64,000 nucleotides of DNA from Vicinamibacterales bacterium (GTDB lineage Bacteria; Acidobacteriota; Vicinamibacteria; Vicinamibacterales; UBA2999): the NCBI GenBank assembly GCA_035263125.1, contig DATFRP010000100.1, positions 2,920 to 66,919 on the forward strand. The letters run 5' to 3'. The notes below the pieces were generated by a model. That model had not been told where the DNA came from and ran no database searches. It saw only the letters and a list, made by a program, of their open reading frames with translations. This document shows, piece by piece, positions 16,554 to 26,420 of the stretch. Each line of letters starts with the position of its first letter. Position 1 is the first letter of the stretch. The translations under genes and the position numbers were made by a program.

Positions 16554-16604
16554 CGTACGTAGGGGCCGGGCCGCCTTCGCCAGAAGCGTCGGCGCGCCGG
16601 CCCT
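16554..16604. repeat. REP-like GC hairpin with CGTACGTAGGGGCCG head
   Basis: It shares the CGTACGTAG(A/G)GGCCG head with 9655-9686, and GGGCCGGGCCGCC pairs imperfectly with GGCGCGCCGGCCC. Confidence 0.4.
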
Positions 16605-16611
16605 GACCAGA

Positions 16612-17364
16612 GTGCTGACCATTTCCTCGCTTCACAAATCGTTTGGGTCGACGACAGCCGTCGACGGCGTGTCGTTCACCGTGGAACGCGGACAGTTGCT
16701 CGGCCTGCTCGGTCCGAACGGCGCCGGCAAGACGACAACAGTGTCGATGATCTCCGGCCTGGTGGCACCTGATCGCGGTGAGATCACGATCGACGGTGTG
16801 CGACTCTCGGGCGACATCGATCCCGTGAAACGTCGAATCGGCCTCGTGCCTCAGGACCTCGCGTTGTACGACGAGCTGACTGCGAACGCGAACCTGCGTC
16901 TCTTCGGATCGCTCTACCGCCTGTCATCTCGCGCGCTCGACGCCGCCATCACATCATCGCTGACGCTCGTCGGTCTGCTCGATCGCGCCTCGGACAAGGT
17001 GAAGACGTACAGCGGCGGCATGAAGCGACGACTGAACCTCGCGGCCGGGCTGCTGCACGATCCGGACATCCTCCTGCTCGACGAGCCGACAGTGGGTGTC
17101 GATCCTCAGAGCCGCAACGCGATCTTCGACAACCTCGAACATCTCAAGTCGCGCGGCAAGGCGCTCCTCTACACGACCCACTACATGGAGGAAGCCGAGC
17201 GTCTCGCCGATCGCATCGTCGTCATGGATCACGGACGGGTGCTGGCGGATGACACGCTGGCCGGGCTGCGTGCACGCGGCAGTGCCAACAGCGGCGGGAA
17301 CGGCGGCGCAACCTCGCTCGAGACGCTCTTCCTCGAGCTCACGGGAAGGACCCTGCGAGACTGA
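16612..17364 (+). CDS. ABC transporter ATP-binding protein
   Basis: Walker A GPNGAGKTT, signature YSGGMKRRL and Walker B ILLLDEP. GTG start. Confidence 0.9.
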   Translation: MLTISSLHKSFGSTTAVDGVSFTVERGQLLGLLGPNGAGKTTTVSMISGLVAPDRGEITIDGVRLSGDIDPVKRRIGLVPQDLALYDELTANANLRLFGSLYRLSSRALDAAITSSLTLVGLLDRASDKVKTYSGGMKRRLNLAAGLLHDPDILLLDEPTVGVDPQSRNAIFDNLEHLKSRGKALLYTTHYMEEAERLADRIVVMDHGRVLADDTLAGLRARGSANSGGNGGATSLETLFLELTGRTLRD

Positions 17365-18644
17365 TGGCTGCTTTCATTGCGCTCGTGCGTAAGGACCTCC
17401 AGCTGTTCTTCGGCGATCGCCGCGCCGTGATCCTGAGCTTCGCGATTCCGATTGCGATCGCGTCGTTCTTTGGATCGATCTTTAGAGGCCAGAGCAACGA
17501 CAGCGAGCCGGCGAAGATTTCTGTTGCCGTCATCGACGAGGACTCGAGCGCCATCTCGAAGGACATCGTGGCCGGTCTCCAACGCGACAAAGCGCTCGCT
17601 GTCACAACGGCATCGATCGAGGACGCGCGTCAATCGGTGCGAGCCGGCAAGACCGCGGTCGCCGTCGTGATTCCGACCGGCTTCGGCGACGCCGCGGGGC
17701 GCGCCTTCTTTCAGCGCGTCGCGAAACCGAACGTCGATGTGCTCTTCGACCCCTCGAGGGGTGCAGAGATGTCGATGGTGCGCGGCATGCTCACAGGGCA
17801 CGTGATGGAAGCCGTCGGCAAGGAGATGTTTGGCGGAACGCAAGGGCGATCGCTGGTCGACGAGACGTTGAGCGAGCTGGACTCGTCGGGGATGCCGCAG
17901 GCACAACGCGAGCTGCTGCGGAATCTGCTGCACTCGGTGCAGGCGCTCAACAAAGAAACCGGCGGCGTGCCAGCCGACCAGGCGGTGATGACCGTGCCCT
18001 ATACCGTGAAAGAGTCGGCCGTCACCGCACGCGAGAACGTGGCCTACAACGGATACGCCCACTCGTTTGCCGGCATGGGAGTGCAGTTCCTGCTGTTCAC
18101 CGCGATCGAGCTTGGGATGGGCATTCTGTTCGAACGCGAGCGCGGCCTCTGGAAGCGCTTTCGAAGCGCGCCGTTGTCGCGCCTGACGCTGCTCGGGGCC
18201 AGAACCGCGAGCGGGACGATCCTGACGCTGCTGATGCTCGTCGTCTCGTTTGCGTTTGCGATGGTTGTGTTCCGCGTCCGGATCGACGGCAGCCTGCCTG
18301 GGTTCGCGCTGGTGGCGGTGTCGTGCTCGATCATGGCTGCCACGTTCGGACTGCTCGTCGCCGCGCTGGGAAAGACCACGGCTGCCACCAGGCGCGTCGC
18401 CACGTTCGCCGTCCTCATCATGGTGATGCTCGGCGGCGCGTGGGTGCCGTCGTTCATCTTCCCCGCGTGGCTGCAGACGATCACGCTCGTCATCCCAGCA
18501 CGGTGGGCAGTCGATGGTCTCGACGCGATGACGTGGCGCGGTCTTCCATTTCAGTCCGCCGTGATGCCGACGATCGTGATGCTCGGTTTCGCGCTGTTGT
18601 TCGGGGCGCTGACGCTATCGCGATTCCGGTGGGAGGAGAGTTAG
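17364..18644 (+). CDS. ABC-2 type transporter permease
   Basis: 426 aa with one N-terminal TM segment, a large loop and a C-terminal cluster of TM helices. The start codon overlaps the ATPase stop (TGATG). Confidence 0.8.
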   Translation: MAAFIALVRKDLQLFFGDRRAVILSFAIPIAIASFFGSIFRGQSNDSEPAKISVAVIDEDSSAISKDIVAGLQRDKALAVTTASIEDARQSVRAGKTAVAVVIPTGFGDAAGRAFFQRVAKPNVDVLFDPSRGAEMSMVRGMLTGHVMEAVGKEMFGGTQGRSLVDETLSELDSSGMPQAQRELLRNLLHSVQALNKETGGVPADQAVMTVPYTVKESAVTARENVAYNGYAHSFAGMGVQFLLFTAIELGMGILFERERGLWKRFRSAPLSRLTLLGARTASGTILTLLMLVVSFAFAMVVFRVRIDGSLPGFALVAVSCSIMAATFGLLVAALGKTTAATRRVATFAVLIMVMLGGAWVPSFIFPAWLQTITLVIPARWAVDGLDAMTWRGLPFQSAVMPTIVMLGFALLFGALTLSRFRWEES

Positions 18645-18861
18645 GCCACGGAGCGCACGAGGGATTGGCCACGGAGAGCACTGAGATCACGGAGAGTCTT
18701 TGGCCACGGAGAGCACTGAGATCGCGGAGAGTCTTCGGCCACGGAGATCACGAAGATCACGAAGGAAGACACACAGAGATCCTCCGTGTTCTCCGTGATC
18801 TCCGTGGCCAACGACTCTCCGTGATCTCCGTGGCCAACGACTCTCCGTGATCTCCGTGGCC
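18644..18861. repeat. 218-bp tandem-repeat hairpin element (GGCCACGGAGA family)
   Basis: The left arm has 3-4 tandem ~35-bp units GGCCACGGAGAGCACTGAGATCNCGGAGAGTCTT. The right arm has 3 inverted ~26-bp units AACGACTCTCCGTGATCTCCGTGGCC. The element begins at the permease stop TAG. Confidence 0.85.
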
Positions 18862-19003
18862 TGGCTTTCTGAAGAGTTCCTGAATTCTTCGTCAGAATCG
18901 CTTGTGCACCTCTCGTGCCTCCTCAGGCGATCGGGGCCTGAACAAGGATTCACGAATTCTTCAGTCGCATCCCAGCTGCCAGCCGCGATATTTTCTCCGG
19001 ACG

Positions 19004-21427
19004 ATGAATGTGGCGATGAAGGCAGTGAGAGCAGTCAGTGTGGTCGTGTGTGCCGCGATGTTCCTGATCGCACGGCCGGTGTGGGCACAGGCCCAGGGAT
19101 CGCTGGTCGGCACCGTTGTCGACTCTTTGGGTGCCCGGGTGTCGGGGGCCGGCGTCGCGCTGTCGGGCCCTGGCGTGAAAACGGTCAACGTCCAAACCGA
19201 GAGTGATGGCAGCTTCTCGTTCACGTCGCTGGTCCCCGGCCGATATCAAGTCACGGCAACTGCGCAGGGTTTCAGCCCGCGCACGAGTGATCCGGTGTAC
19301 GTGGGAGCGGGTGCTCGCGCCATTGTCGTGGTGGCTCTCGAAGTCGGACCGCTTCAGCAGGAGATTGTCGTGACCGCGGAGCCCGGTGGCGTGCTGCAGG
19401 CGAGGACTGGCGCTCCTGTGACCGTTATCGACAACAGCACGCTCGACGCGCTCAACAAGCCCGATCTGCTCGAGGCCTTGCGGCTCGTCCCCGGTTCGCA
19501 GATCGTCCAGGTGGGTCAGCGCGGCGGCCTGACCTCGATGTTCCTGCGCGGTGGCAATTCGAATTTCACCAAGGTGCTGATCGACGGCGTGCCGGCCAAC
19601 GACATCGGCGGCGCCTTCGACTTCTCACAGCTCGATACGGCGGGTGTCGATCGGATCGAGGTTCTGCGTCAGACCAACAGCGTCGTCTATGGGAGCGATG
19701 CGCTCACTGGCGTCGTGAACATCACGACGCGACGCGGGAGCACACGGACGCCCGAGCTCGAATACGCAATCGATGGCGGCAACCTGAACACGGTTCGCAA
19801 CTCGCTCGGATTCGGCGGCGCGATTCGACGCATTGACTACTTCTCCCAATACTCCTACTTCACGACTGACAACAGCACGCCCAACAGCGGGTACCATCGC
19901 GGCACGTACGCCGGGCGTTTTGGCGTCGTCGTCGGCGGTGGAACACACCTCACCGGAACGCTGCGCCGCGTGGATGGCACTTTTGGTAATGCGAACGCCT
20001 TCGACTCGTACCTCGTACCGGACGATTCAACGCAGGATGCCGACCTGACGTACGGCTCGATTACCGCGGATTCGCAGCACTCGAATCGGTGGCAGAGCAG
20101 TATCCGGTTCGGCTCGATCGATCAGCGATCGCTCTACGTGAACCCGACGCCGAGTGGTGAGCCGTACGATCCATTTGGGTTTGGTGCCAACTATCTGGGA
20201 AACACTGTGACGCTGATGGGCGCCAATGGTGAAACCGTCACCGGCCGAGCGATTCTCGATTACGGGTTTTCACCGTTCCCGCAATCATCCGACAGCAGAG
20301 TGACGCGGCGGACGCTATCAGGGCAGACCACGTTTCAAGTGGCATCGTCACTGGCCATTTCCGGCGGGGCGCGCTATGAGCGCGAGCAGGGGTTCGATGA
20401 TCCGGATGGCGACCCGGTCGTGACGCGCAACAACGGCGGCGCGTTCGTCGAGGCGCGGGTGAACGGCGGAGGCCGCGCGTATGTGAGCGGCGGCGTCGGC
20501 GTGGAGCACAACGAGGTGTTCGGCACCGAGGCGACGCCGCGCGTTTCTGTGGCTGTTTATCTGCGCAATCCGCGACCGGCCGGGGTCGGTGAAACGAAGC
20601 TCACCGTGAATGCCGGCAAGGGCATCAAGGCGCCCAACGTGTTTCAGGAGCAGAACGCACTCTATGCGCTGGTGCAAGACACACCGGCGGCAGCGCGCGT
20701 GTCGCCAGTTGGTCCGGAGCGAAGCCGAGGGTTCGACGTCGGCGTCGAGCAGGGACTCGCTGGCGGCCGGGTTCGTGCCCGTGTGTCGTACTTCAACAAC
20801 GAATTCGATGATCTGCTCGAATACCTCGGACGGACCGCCCTGGTGCTCGCCGGCGTGCCGCCCGACGTTGCGGCGGGCGCTACGTTCGCGTACATCAACT
20901 CGCAATCGTATCGCGCGCAGGGCGCGGAGATCTCCGCTGATGCCGCAGTTGGAACCATGCTGCGCTTCGGCGCCTCCTACACTTACCTCGATGCTGAGGT
21001 CACGCAAGCGTTCAGCGCCAGCGCAGCGTTCAATCCGGCCTTTCCCAACGTGCCGATCGGCGCGTTCTCGCCGCTCGTGGGCGCGCGGCCGTTCCGTCGC
21101 CCAGCCAATTCGGGCACGCTGCTCGTGACCTACGTCAAGGGGCCTGGGCAGGTGACGCTCGCGGGGTATTTCTCCGGCAAGCGCGACGACAGCACTTTCC
21201 TCAGCGACCAGGACTTCGGCAACTCGCTGCTGCTGCCCAACAAGGATCTCGATCCCGCGTATCAGAAGATCGATCTGAGCGCCGCCTATCGCGTGCATCC
21301 GCGCCTGAACGTTTACACCAGCATCGAAAACCTGTTCGATCAGAAGTTCGACGCCGCGTTCGGGTTCCCCTCGCTGCCGTTCACGATCCGGGCTGGTGTG
21401 CGGGTGGATGTCGGTGGAGACAGATAG
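19004..21427 (+). CDS. TonB-dependent receptor with N-terminal carboxypeptidase-regulatory-like domain
   Basis: Signal peptide, CarboxypepD_reg-like GTVVDSLGARVSGAGVAL, plug motifs (LRLVPG...FLRGGNSNFTKVLIDGVP...VYGSDALTGVVNI) and a beta-barrel. Alternative start at 19016. Confidence 0.85.
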   Translation: MNVAMKAVRAVSVVVCAAMFLIARPVWAQAQGSLVGTVVDSLGARVSGAGVALSGPGVKTVNVQTESDGSFSFTSLVPGRYQVTATAQGFSPRTSDPVYVGAGARAIVVVALEVGPLQQEIVVTAEPGGVLQARTGAPVTVIDNSTLDALNKPDLLEALRLVPGSQIVQVGQRGGLTSMFLRGGNSNFTKVLIDGVPANDIGGAFDFSQLDTAGVDRIEVLRQTNSVVYGSDALTGVVNITTRRGSTRTPELEYAIDGGNLNTVRNSLGFGGAIRRIDYFSQYSYFTTDNSTPNSGYHRGTYAGRFGVVVGGGTHLTGTLRRVDGTFGNANAFDSYLVPDDSTQDADLTYGSITADSQHSNRWQSSIRFGSIDQRSLYVNPTPSGEPYDPFGFGANYLGNTVTLMGANGETVTGRAILDYGFSPFPQSSDSRVTRRTLSGQTTFQVASSLAISGGARYEREQGFDDPDGDPVVTRNNGGAFVEARVNGGGRAYVSGGVGVEHNEVFGTEATPRVSVAVYLRNPRPAGVGETKLTVNAGKGIKAPNVFQEQNALYALVQDTPAAARVSPVGPERSRGFDVGVEQGLAGGRVRARVSYFNNEFDDLLEYLGRTALVLAGVPPDVAAGATFAYINSQSYRAQGAEISADAAVGTMLRFGASYTYLDAEVTQAFSASAAFNPAFPNVPIGAFSPLVGARPFRRPANSGTLLVTYVKGPGQVTLAGYFSGKRDDSTFLSDQDFGNSLLLPNKDLDPAYQKIDLSAAYRVHPRLNVYTSIENLFDQKFDAAFGFPSLPFTIRAGVRVDVGGDR

Positions 21428-21513
21428 GAATCAGGAATCGGGAATCAGGAATCAGGGCTGGGCCAGGTTCAAGGCAACAGGGGCGAGGTCTCAGGCCTGC
21501 ATCCTGATTCCTG
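21427..21513. repeat. GGAATCAGG-family palindromic element, copy 1
   Basis: GGAATCAGGAATCGGGAATCAGGAATCAGG, then GCTGGGCCAGG, and finally ATCCTGATTCCTG. It starts at the receptor stop TAG. Confidence 0.8.
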
Positions 21514-21526
21514 TACTATTCTTCGA

Positions 21527-21940
21527 ATGTCTAGTGCTTACGAAAGCGCCACCCTCATCATCCGTCTCTACGAACTGCGTCGCGAACCAACGATGCGCGA
21601 GGCGCGCGCGTGGTTTGCGCGAGAGTTTCATCCGGCCAGCGTCGACGACATCTTCCAGATCCTCTCGAGCCCGCACAGCGGCCATTTCCGTATGGTCACG
21701 AGCTATTGGGACATGGCCTCGTCCTTCGTCCTCAACGGCGCGATCGACGAGAAGATGTTCAACGACGCCAACGGTGAGCACATCTTCATCTTCGCGAAGA
21801 TCGAGCAGTTCGTCGCCGAGTATCGTGTGAAGTCGGGCAATCCGAACTATTTGAAAAGTCTCGAGACGGTCGTACTGCAGAAGCCCGGCGCCAGAGAACA
21901 AATGGCCTCTATCCGCGAGCGGTTTGGACCCCGGCGATAA
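21527..21940 (+). CDS. hypothetical protein (137 aa)
   Basis: A clean ORF with an ATG start and plausible composition. I recognised no family. It is bracketed by two copies of the same repeat family. Confidence 0.6.
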   Translation: MSSAYESATLIIRLYELRREPTMREARAWFAREFHPASVDDIFQILSSPHSGHFRMVTSYWDMASSFVLNGAIDEKMFNDANGEHIFIFAKIEQFVAEYRVKSGNPNYLKSLETVVLQKPGAREQMASIRERFGPRR

Positions 21941-22074
21941 AAGCAGGAATCAGGACGCAGGAATCAGGAATCAGGCCTGGGCCAGGGTAAAGGAATCAGG
22001 CCTGAGGTCTCGGGCCTTGCGGCTTCACCCTGGCCCAGGGCTGCATCCTGATTCCTGCGTCCTGATTCCTGCTT
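21941..22074. repeat. GGAATCAGG-family palindromic element, copy 2 (134 bp, near-complete hairpin)
   Basis: AGCAGGAATCAGGACGCAGGAATCAGGAATCAGGCCTGGGCCAGGGT pairs with ACCCTGGCCCAGGGCTGCATCCTGATTCCTGCGTCCTGATTCCTGCT. It fills the whole gap between convergent stop codons. Confidence 0.85.
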
Positions 22075-23153
22075 TATTGGAACCTATCAGCAATGAGCGC
22101 GACCGTCAGCGCATAGTAATGCGCGCAGTTGTAACCGAGGATCGCGTCGTAGTTGGGATAGACGAGGAACTTGCGCGTGCCCACGTCGACGAGCGCGGCG
22201 CTGCGCTCGCTCTTGGGAAGCGCGCGGCCGTTGAGGCTGCGCACGCCCAATCGCTGCCAGTCGGAGAGCGGCCGCCGGATGGTCATGTTGCGGATCGCGT
22301 AGCACCCTTCGGTGCGCTTGGGGATGGCTGCGATCCGTGAGCGGACCGCCGCGGTGACCTTCACTTCGCGACCCCAGGTTTGGTCCCTGGTCCAGCCGAA
22401 TCCTTTGAGGTAGTTCGCAATCGACGCGAGCGCGTCGGGGATCGATCCCCAGATGTCGCGGCGATCGTCGCCGTCGAAGTCGACGGCGTACTTCAAGTAG
22501 CTGGATGGCATGAACTGCGTCTGGCCCATCGCGCCCGCCCACGAGCTGGTCATCGTCTTGGCGTCGATGTTGCCGCGTTGGACCATCGTGAGCGCGTCGA
22601 ACAGCTCGCCGCGGAAGTAGCTGGCGCGCCGCGGTTCCCACGCGAGCGTCGCCAGTGCCTGAAACACCGGCACGCGTCCCGTGATGCGGCCGTATCGCGT
22701 CTCCATCGCCCAGATCGCCAGCAGGAAACGCCCCTGCACGTTGTACGTCTTCTCGATCCGACGGAGCAGCGAGCGATTCTCGACGAGCAGCTCCTTGCCG
22801 CGTTTCACGAGCGCTGGAGTCAATCGCGCCGACAAGTACCGATCGAACCCAGGGTTCAACTCCGCCTGCGAGCGATCGCTTTGGATGACGTGCTCGAGCG
22901 GTGTGAGGCCATGCAGCGTTTCCGAGACGAGGCCCTCGCTGTAGCCGCGCGTCTGCGCTTCTTTGATGAGCGCCGTCAACCAGTCGGTGAAGTTCTGCGA
23001 AGCATCGACCTGGACCTCCGGCAATCCGGGGGCAGGCAGAGGCGTCTCCTGTTGAGGCGCCTGCGCCGTGACCGCGACCCCGCCCATGACGAGCGCGACA
23101 ATCAGGGCTTTCCAGTGCATCCGACTAAAACCGACTGAATCCATGATGGCCAT
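22074..23153 (-). CDS. lytic murein transglycosylase (MltB family)
   Basis: Signal peptide plus SWAGAMGQTQFMPSSYLKYAVDFDGDDRRDIW, the characteristic MltB/SLT domain 3 motif. Confidence 0.85.
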   Translation of the reverse strand: MAIMDSVGFSRMHWKALIVALVMGGVAVTAQAPQQETPLPAPGLPEVQVDASQNFTDWLTALIKEAQTRGYSEGLVSETLHGLTPLEHVIQSDRSQAELNPGFDRYLSARLTPALVKRGKELLVENRSLLRRIEKTYNVQGRFLLAIWAMETRYGRITGRVPVFQALATLAWEPRRASYFRGELFDALTMVQRGNIDAKTMTSSWAGAMGQTQFMPSSYLKYAVDFDGDDRRDIWGSIPDALASIANYLKGFGWTRDQTWGREVKVTAAVRSRIAAIPKRTEGCYAIRNMTIRRPLSDWQRLGVRSLNGRALPKSERSAALVDVGTRKFLVYPNYDAILGYNCAHYYALTVALIADRFQ

Positions 23154-23237
23154 GCTTGCTTTTGAGCCGGCAGTGCCTGTCTAATACTGCCACCAGTTGC
23201 TTCAGGCGATCTCCCTTTCTTCGAGAGAGTTGCGCTT

Positions 23238-23735
23238 ATGCCTTTCACATTGAACGTCAACGGGAAGACGACTACGGTCGATGTCCCGGCCGACATGCCC
23301 CTGCTCTGGGTCCTCAGGGACGTCATGAACCTGAAGGGCACCAAGTTCGGCTGCGGTATCGGCCAATGCGGCGCGTGCACCGTGCACGTGCGCGGACGCG
23401 CTCAGCGCGCCTGTCAAACTCCAGTATCGGCCGCGGCAGGTGCGGCCATCACAACAATCGAGGGGCTCTCGCCCGAGGGGCTGCATCCGCTGCAGCAGGC
23501 GTGGCAGGAGCTCGACGTGCCGCAGTGCGGCTACTGTCAGGCCGGCCAGATCATGACGGCGGCGGCGCTGCTGGCGTCCACGCCGAAGCCGAATGACACG
23601 CAGATCACCAGTGCGATGACCGGCAATCTGTGCCGGTGTGGCACCTATACACGGATTCGCGCGGCGATTCACCGCGCAGCCGAGATGGGCACGTCCCGTT
23701 CGACGTCGACGGCGCAGGGCGCCGGCGCGGAGTAA
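23238..23735 (+). CDS. (2Fe-2S)-binding small subunit of an IorAB/aldehyde oxidoreductase-type enzyme
   Basis: [12 protein letters not shown] and CGYCQAG...CRCGTY are the two [2Fe-2S] cluster motifs. Confidence 0.9.
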   Translation: MPFTLNVNGKTTTVDVPADMPLLWVLRDVMNLKGTKFGCGIGQCGACTVHVRGRAQRACQTPVSAAAGAAITTIEGLSPEGLHPLQQAWQELDVPQCGYCQAGQIMTAAALLASTPKPNDTQITSAMTGNLCRCGTYTRIRAAIHRAAEMGTSRSTSTAQGAGAE

Positions 23736-23744
23736 GGAGGAGCC

Positions 23745-25952
23745 GTGACGACCAACACACTTCTCAGCCGTCGCGCCTTCCTGCAGGTCAGTGCCGCCGC
23801 GGGCGGTGGCCTGCTCGTCGCTCTGCATCTCGACCCGGTGGAGCTGCTCGCGCAGGGACCTCCCGGCGGGGCGCCGATGGCCTACGTCGCCACCGCGTTC
23901 GTGAAGATCGCGGCCGATGGCGCCGTGACGATCACCTCGAAGAATCCTGAGATCGGGCAGGGCATCAAGAACCAGCTCCCGATGATCATCGCCGACGAGC
24001 TCGACGTCGACTGGGCCAGCGTGAAGATCGAGCAGGCCGACGCGAACCAGTCGCTCTATGGCGCGCAGGTCGCGGGCGGATCGACTGCCACGCCGACCAA
24101 CTGGGATCCGATGCGCCAGGTGGGCGCGGCGATCCGTCAGATGATCCTTGCTGCCGCGGCGCAGAAGTGGAATGTGCCGGCGAGCGAGCTGACCACCGCG
24201 AGCGGTCGTGTGATGCATCGCGCGAGCAACCGCTCCGCCAGCTACGGCGAGTTCGCATCGGCCGCGGCGACGATGCCGGTGCCGACGCTCAGCATGGTGC
24301 CGCTGAAGGATCCGAAGGACTACAAGATCATCGGCAAGCCGATCCGCGGCGTCGACACCGCGTCGGTCACGACCGGCAAACCGATCTTCAGCATCGACTT
24401 CACCGTGCCCGGGATGTTGTGGGCGGTCTATCAGAAGGCGCCGGTGTACGGTGCCAAGGTCGCGAGCGCCAACATCGATCAGGTCAAGGCGCTTCCCGGA
24501 GTGAAGCACGTGGTCGTCGTCGAGGGGACGACGAACCTGCAGGGGCTGATGCCTGGCGTGGCAGTGGTCGCCGACAGCTGGTATCAGGCGAACCAGGCGC
24601 GCAAGCAGCTGCAGGTCACCTGGAGTGAGCATCCGACCAGCGCGCAGTCGAGCGAAGCGTTCCAGGCGAAGGCCGACGAACTCGGCAAAGGTGCGTATAC
24701 GACGAAGCTCCGCACCGACGGCGATGTGGAAAAGGCGTTTACCGCGCCGGGCGTGAAGGTTGTCGAAGGCAACTACATGTATCCGTTCATCGCCCACGCG
24801 CCGCTCGAGCCGATGAACTGCGTGGCGCACTGGAAAGACGGAAAGATGGAGTTGTGGGCGCCGAGCCAGACGCCCGCGGCGGGTCTCAACATCGTCGCGC
24901 AGACGCTCGGCATTCAGCAGTCCGATGTCACCATGCACCTGATGAAGGTGGGTGGTGGGTTCGGCCGGCGGCTGACGAACGACTACGTGGCCGAAGCCGC
25001 GTACATCGCGAAGCAGATCAACGTGCCGGTGAAGCTGCTGTGGACCCGTGAAGACGACATGGCGCACGACATGTATCGTCCGCAGGGATTCCATTACTTG
25101 AAGGGCGCGGTCGATTCATCAGGCAAGCTCGTCGCCTGGAAGAATCACTTCGTCACCTACGGTGCCGGCAACGGCTACGCGTCGGCGGCCAACATCGCTG
25201 GCATCCAGTTTCCGGCGCTCTTCGTCGAGAACTTCGATTTCGGTGATTCGAAGATCCCGCTCGGCGTTCCGACCGGTGCGCTGCGCGCGCCCGGCAGCCA
25301 CGCCTTCTCGTTCGTGTTTCAGTCGTTCATCGACGAACTGGCGCACGCCGCGGGCAAGGACCCGGTGCAGTTCCGTCTCGACCTCCTCGCCAACAAGGTC
25401 TATCCCGCCCCCGAACGGGGCGACGGATTCGATGCGGCGCGCATGACCGGCGTGGTCAAACTCGTCGCCGAGAAGTCAGGGTGGGGGAAGAGGACGCTGC
25501 CCAAAGGCACGGGCATGGGCATCGGCTTCCAGTACAGCCACCGCGGCTACTTCGCGGAGGTCGCCGAGGTCGAGGTCGATTCGAGCAAGCGGGTGAAGGT
25601 CAACAAGGTGTGGGTCGCGGGCGATATCGGCAGTCAGATCATCAGCCCGCTGCACGCCGAGAACCTCGTGCAGGGCGGCGTGATCGAGGGCATCAGCCAC
25701 ATGATGCAGGAGATCACCTTCAAGGGCGGTTCAGCCGTGCAGAGCAACTTCCACCAGGTGCCGCTGCTTCGCATGGCGCAGGCGCCGCCGGTGATCGAAG
25801 TGCACTGGCTGAAGTCGAACAACCCGCCGACCGGGCTCGGCGAGCCGTCGCTGCCGCCGGTGCTTCCCGCAGTCGCCAACGCGATCTTCGCCGCATCGGG
25901 CACGCGCGTCCGATCTCTTCCGTTGTCGAAGCACGGGTTCCGTTGGGCGTGA
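23745..25952 (+). CDS. molybdopterin-binding large subunit (isoquinoline 1-oxidoreductase beta-like), Tat signal
   Basis: GTG start after AAGGAGG. Tat motif [15 protein letters not shown]. Xanthine dehydrogenase family motifs run throughout, e.g. GGGFGRR. Confidence 0.9.
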   Translation: MTTNTLLSRRAFLQVSAAAGGGLLVALHLDPVELLAQGPPGGAPMAYVATAFVKIAADGAVTITSKNPEIGQGIKNQLPMIIADELDVDWASVKIEQADANQSLYGAQVAGGSTATPTNWDPMRQVGAAIRQMILAAAAQKWNVPASELTTASGRVMHRASNRSASYGEFASAAATMPVPTLSMVPLKDPKDYKIIGKPIRGVDTASVTTGKPIFSIDFTVPGMLWAVYQKAPVYGAKVASANIDQVKALPGVKHVVVVEGTTNLQGLMPGVAVVADSWYQANQARKQLQVTWSEHPTSAQSSEAFQAKADELGKGAYTTKLRTDGDVEKAFTAPGVKVVEGNYMYPFIAHAPLEPMNCVAHWKDGKMELWAPSQTPAAGLNIVAQTLGIQQSDVTMHLMKVGGGFGRRLTNDYVAEAAYIAKQINVPVKLLWTREDDMAHDMYRPQGFHYLKGAVDSSGKLVAWKNHFVTYGAGNGYASAANIAGIQFPALFVENFDFGDSKIPLGVPTGALRAPGSHAFSFVFQSFIDELAHAAGKDPVQFRLDLLANKVYPAPERGDGFDAARMTGVVKLVAEKSGWGKRTLPKGTGMGIGFQYSHRGYFAEVAEVEVDSSKRVKVNKVWVAGDIGSQIISPLHAENLVQGGVIEGISHMMQEITFKGGSAVQSNFHQVPLLRMAQAPPVIEVHWLKSNNPPTGLGEPSLPPVLPAVANAIFAASGTRVRSLPLSKHGFRWA

Positions 25953-26137
25953 GGTAACGGAGGTCTCCGGAGGAAACGGTCAACAGGAGAAACGGAGACA
26001 CGGAGATCAGACGGATGGAATGCAGGGCCGCGCTTCGCGCGGCCCTCTTTTCATGGGCCGGCCTGTATTTCTCCGTCCGATCTCCGTTACTCCGTTTCTC
26101 CTGTTAAGACCGCTCCTCCGTAACATCCGTTCCCTCC
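25953..26137. repeat. 185-bp ACGGAG-family palindromic element enclosing a terminator hairpin
   Basis: GAGGTAACGGAGG...AACAGGAGAAACGGAG...CGGAGATC pairs with GATCTCCG...CTCCGTTTCTCCTGTT...CCTCCGTAAC. It starts right after the TGA stop. Confidence 0.75.
26024..26052 (+). terminator. Rho-independent terminator-like hairpin
   Basis: AGGGCCGCG-CTTC-GCGCGGCCCT is followed by CTTTT. It lies downstream of the oxidoreductase operon. Confidence 0.6.
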
Positions 26138-26420
26138 AAAAACCCGAAAAGCCGATTCCAGTCTTTTGGATATATGGTCGGGGTCCCACCTGCTGAATCC
26201 CTGATTTCCCTAGGAAAAGTGGCTCATACGAAATGGGCGCCGGAATTGCTACGTCGAAGAACGCCGGGCGTGCACCTGGTGTCCATACTTCGCTCGCTTA
26301 GCTGATGCGAATCGTTTCCCCAAACTCAACTTAGTCGAGCGGTGCTAGATTCGTCGGAATCTGTAGTCGGCGGGGCGCGTATCTCGAAGTCGTACTTCAC
26401 CCTGTAGTGGAGGACCGTCG

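Noticed and set aside
18644-18861. Possible CRISPR array (also considered for 33154-33330 and 36637-36787)
   Set aside because: The repeat units are contiguous or separated only by a few bases, with no unique 25-40 bp spacers. Half of the units are inverted, and no cas genes lie in the window.
18862-19003. Cobalamin riboswitch or Fur box upstream of the TonB-dependent receptor
   Set aside because: I found no B12-box-like core and no Fur-type 19-bp AT-rich palindrome. Only a loose direct repeat GAATTCTTC(G)(T)CAG occurs, at about 18884 and about 18953. The segment is also short for a B12 riboswitch.
23202-25094. 630-aa ORF on the minus strand
   Set aside because: It is antisense to the well-supported molybdopterin subunit gene. 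Its Arg/His/Gly-rich low-complexity translation is typical of shadow ORFs in high-GC DNA, and it has no recognisable motifs.
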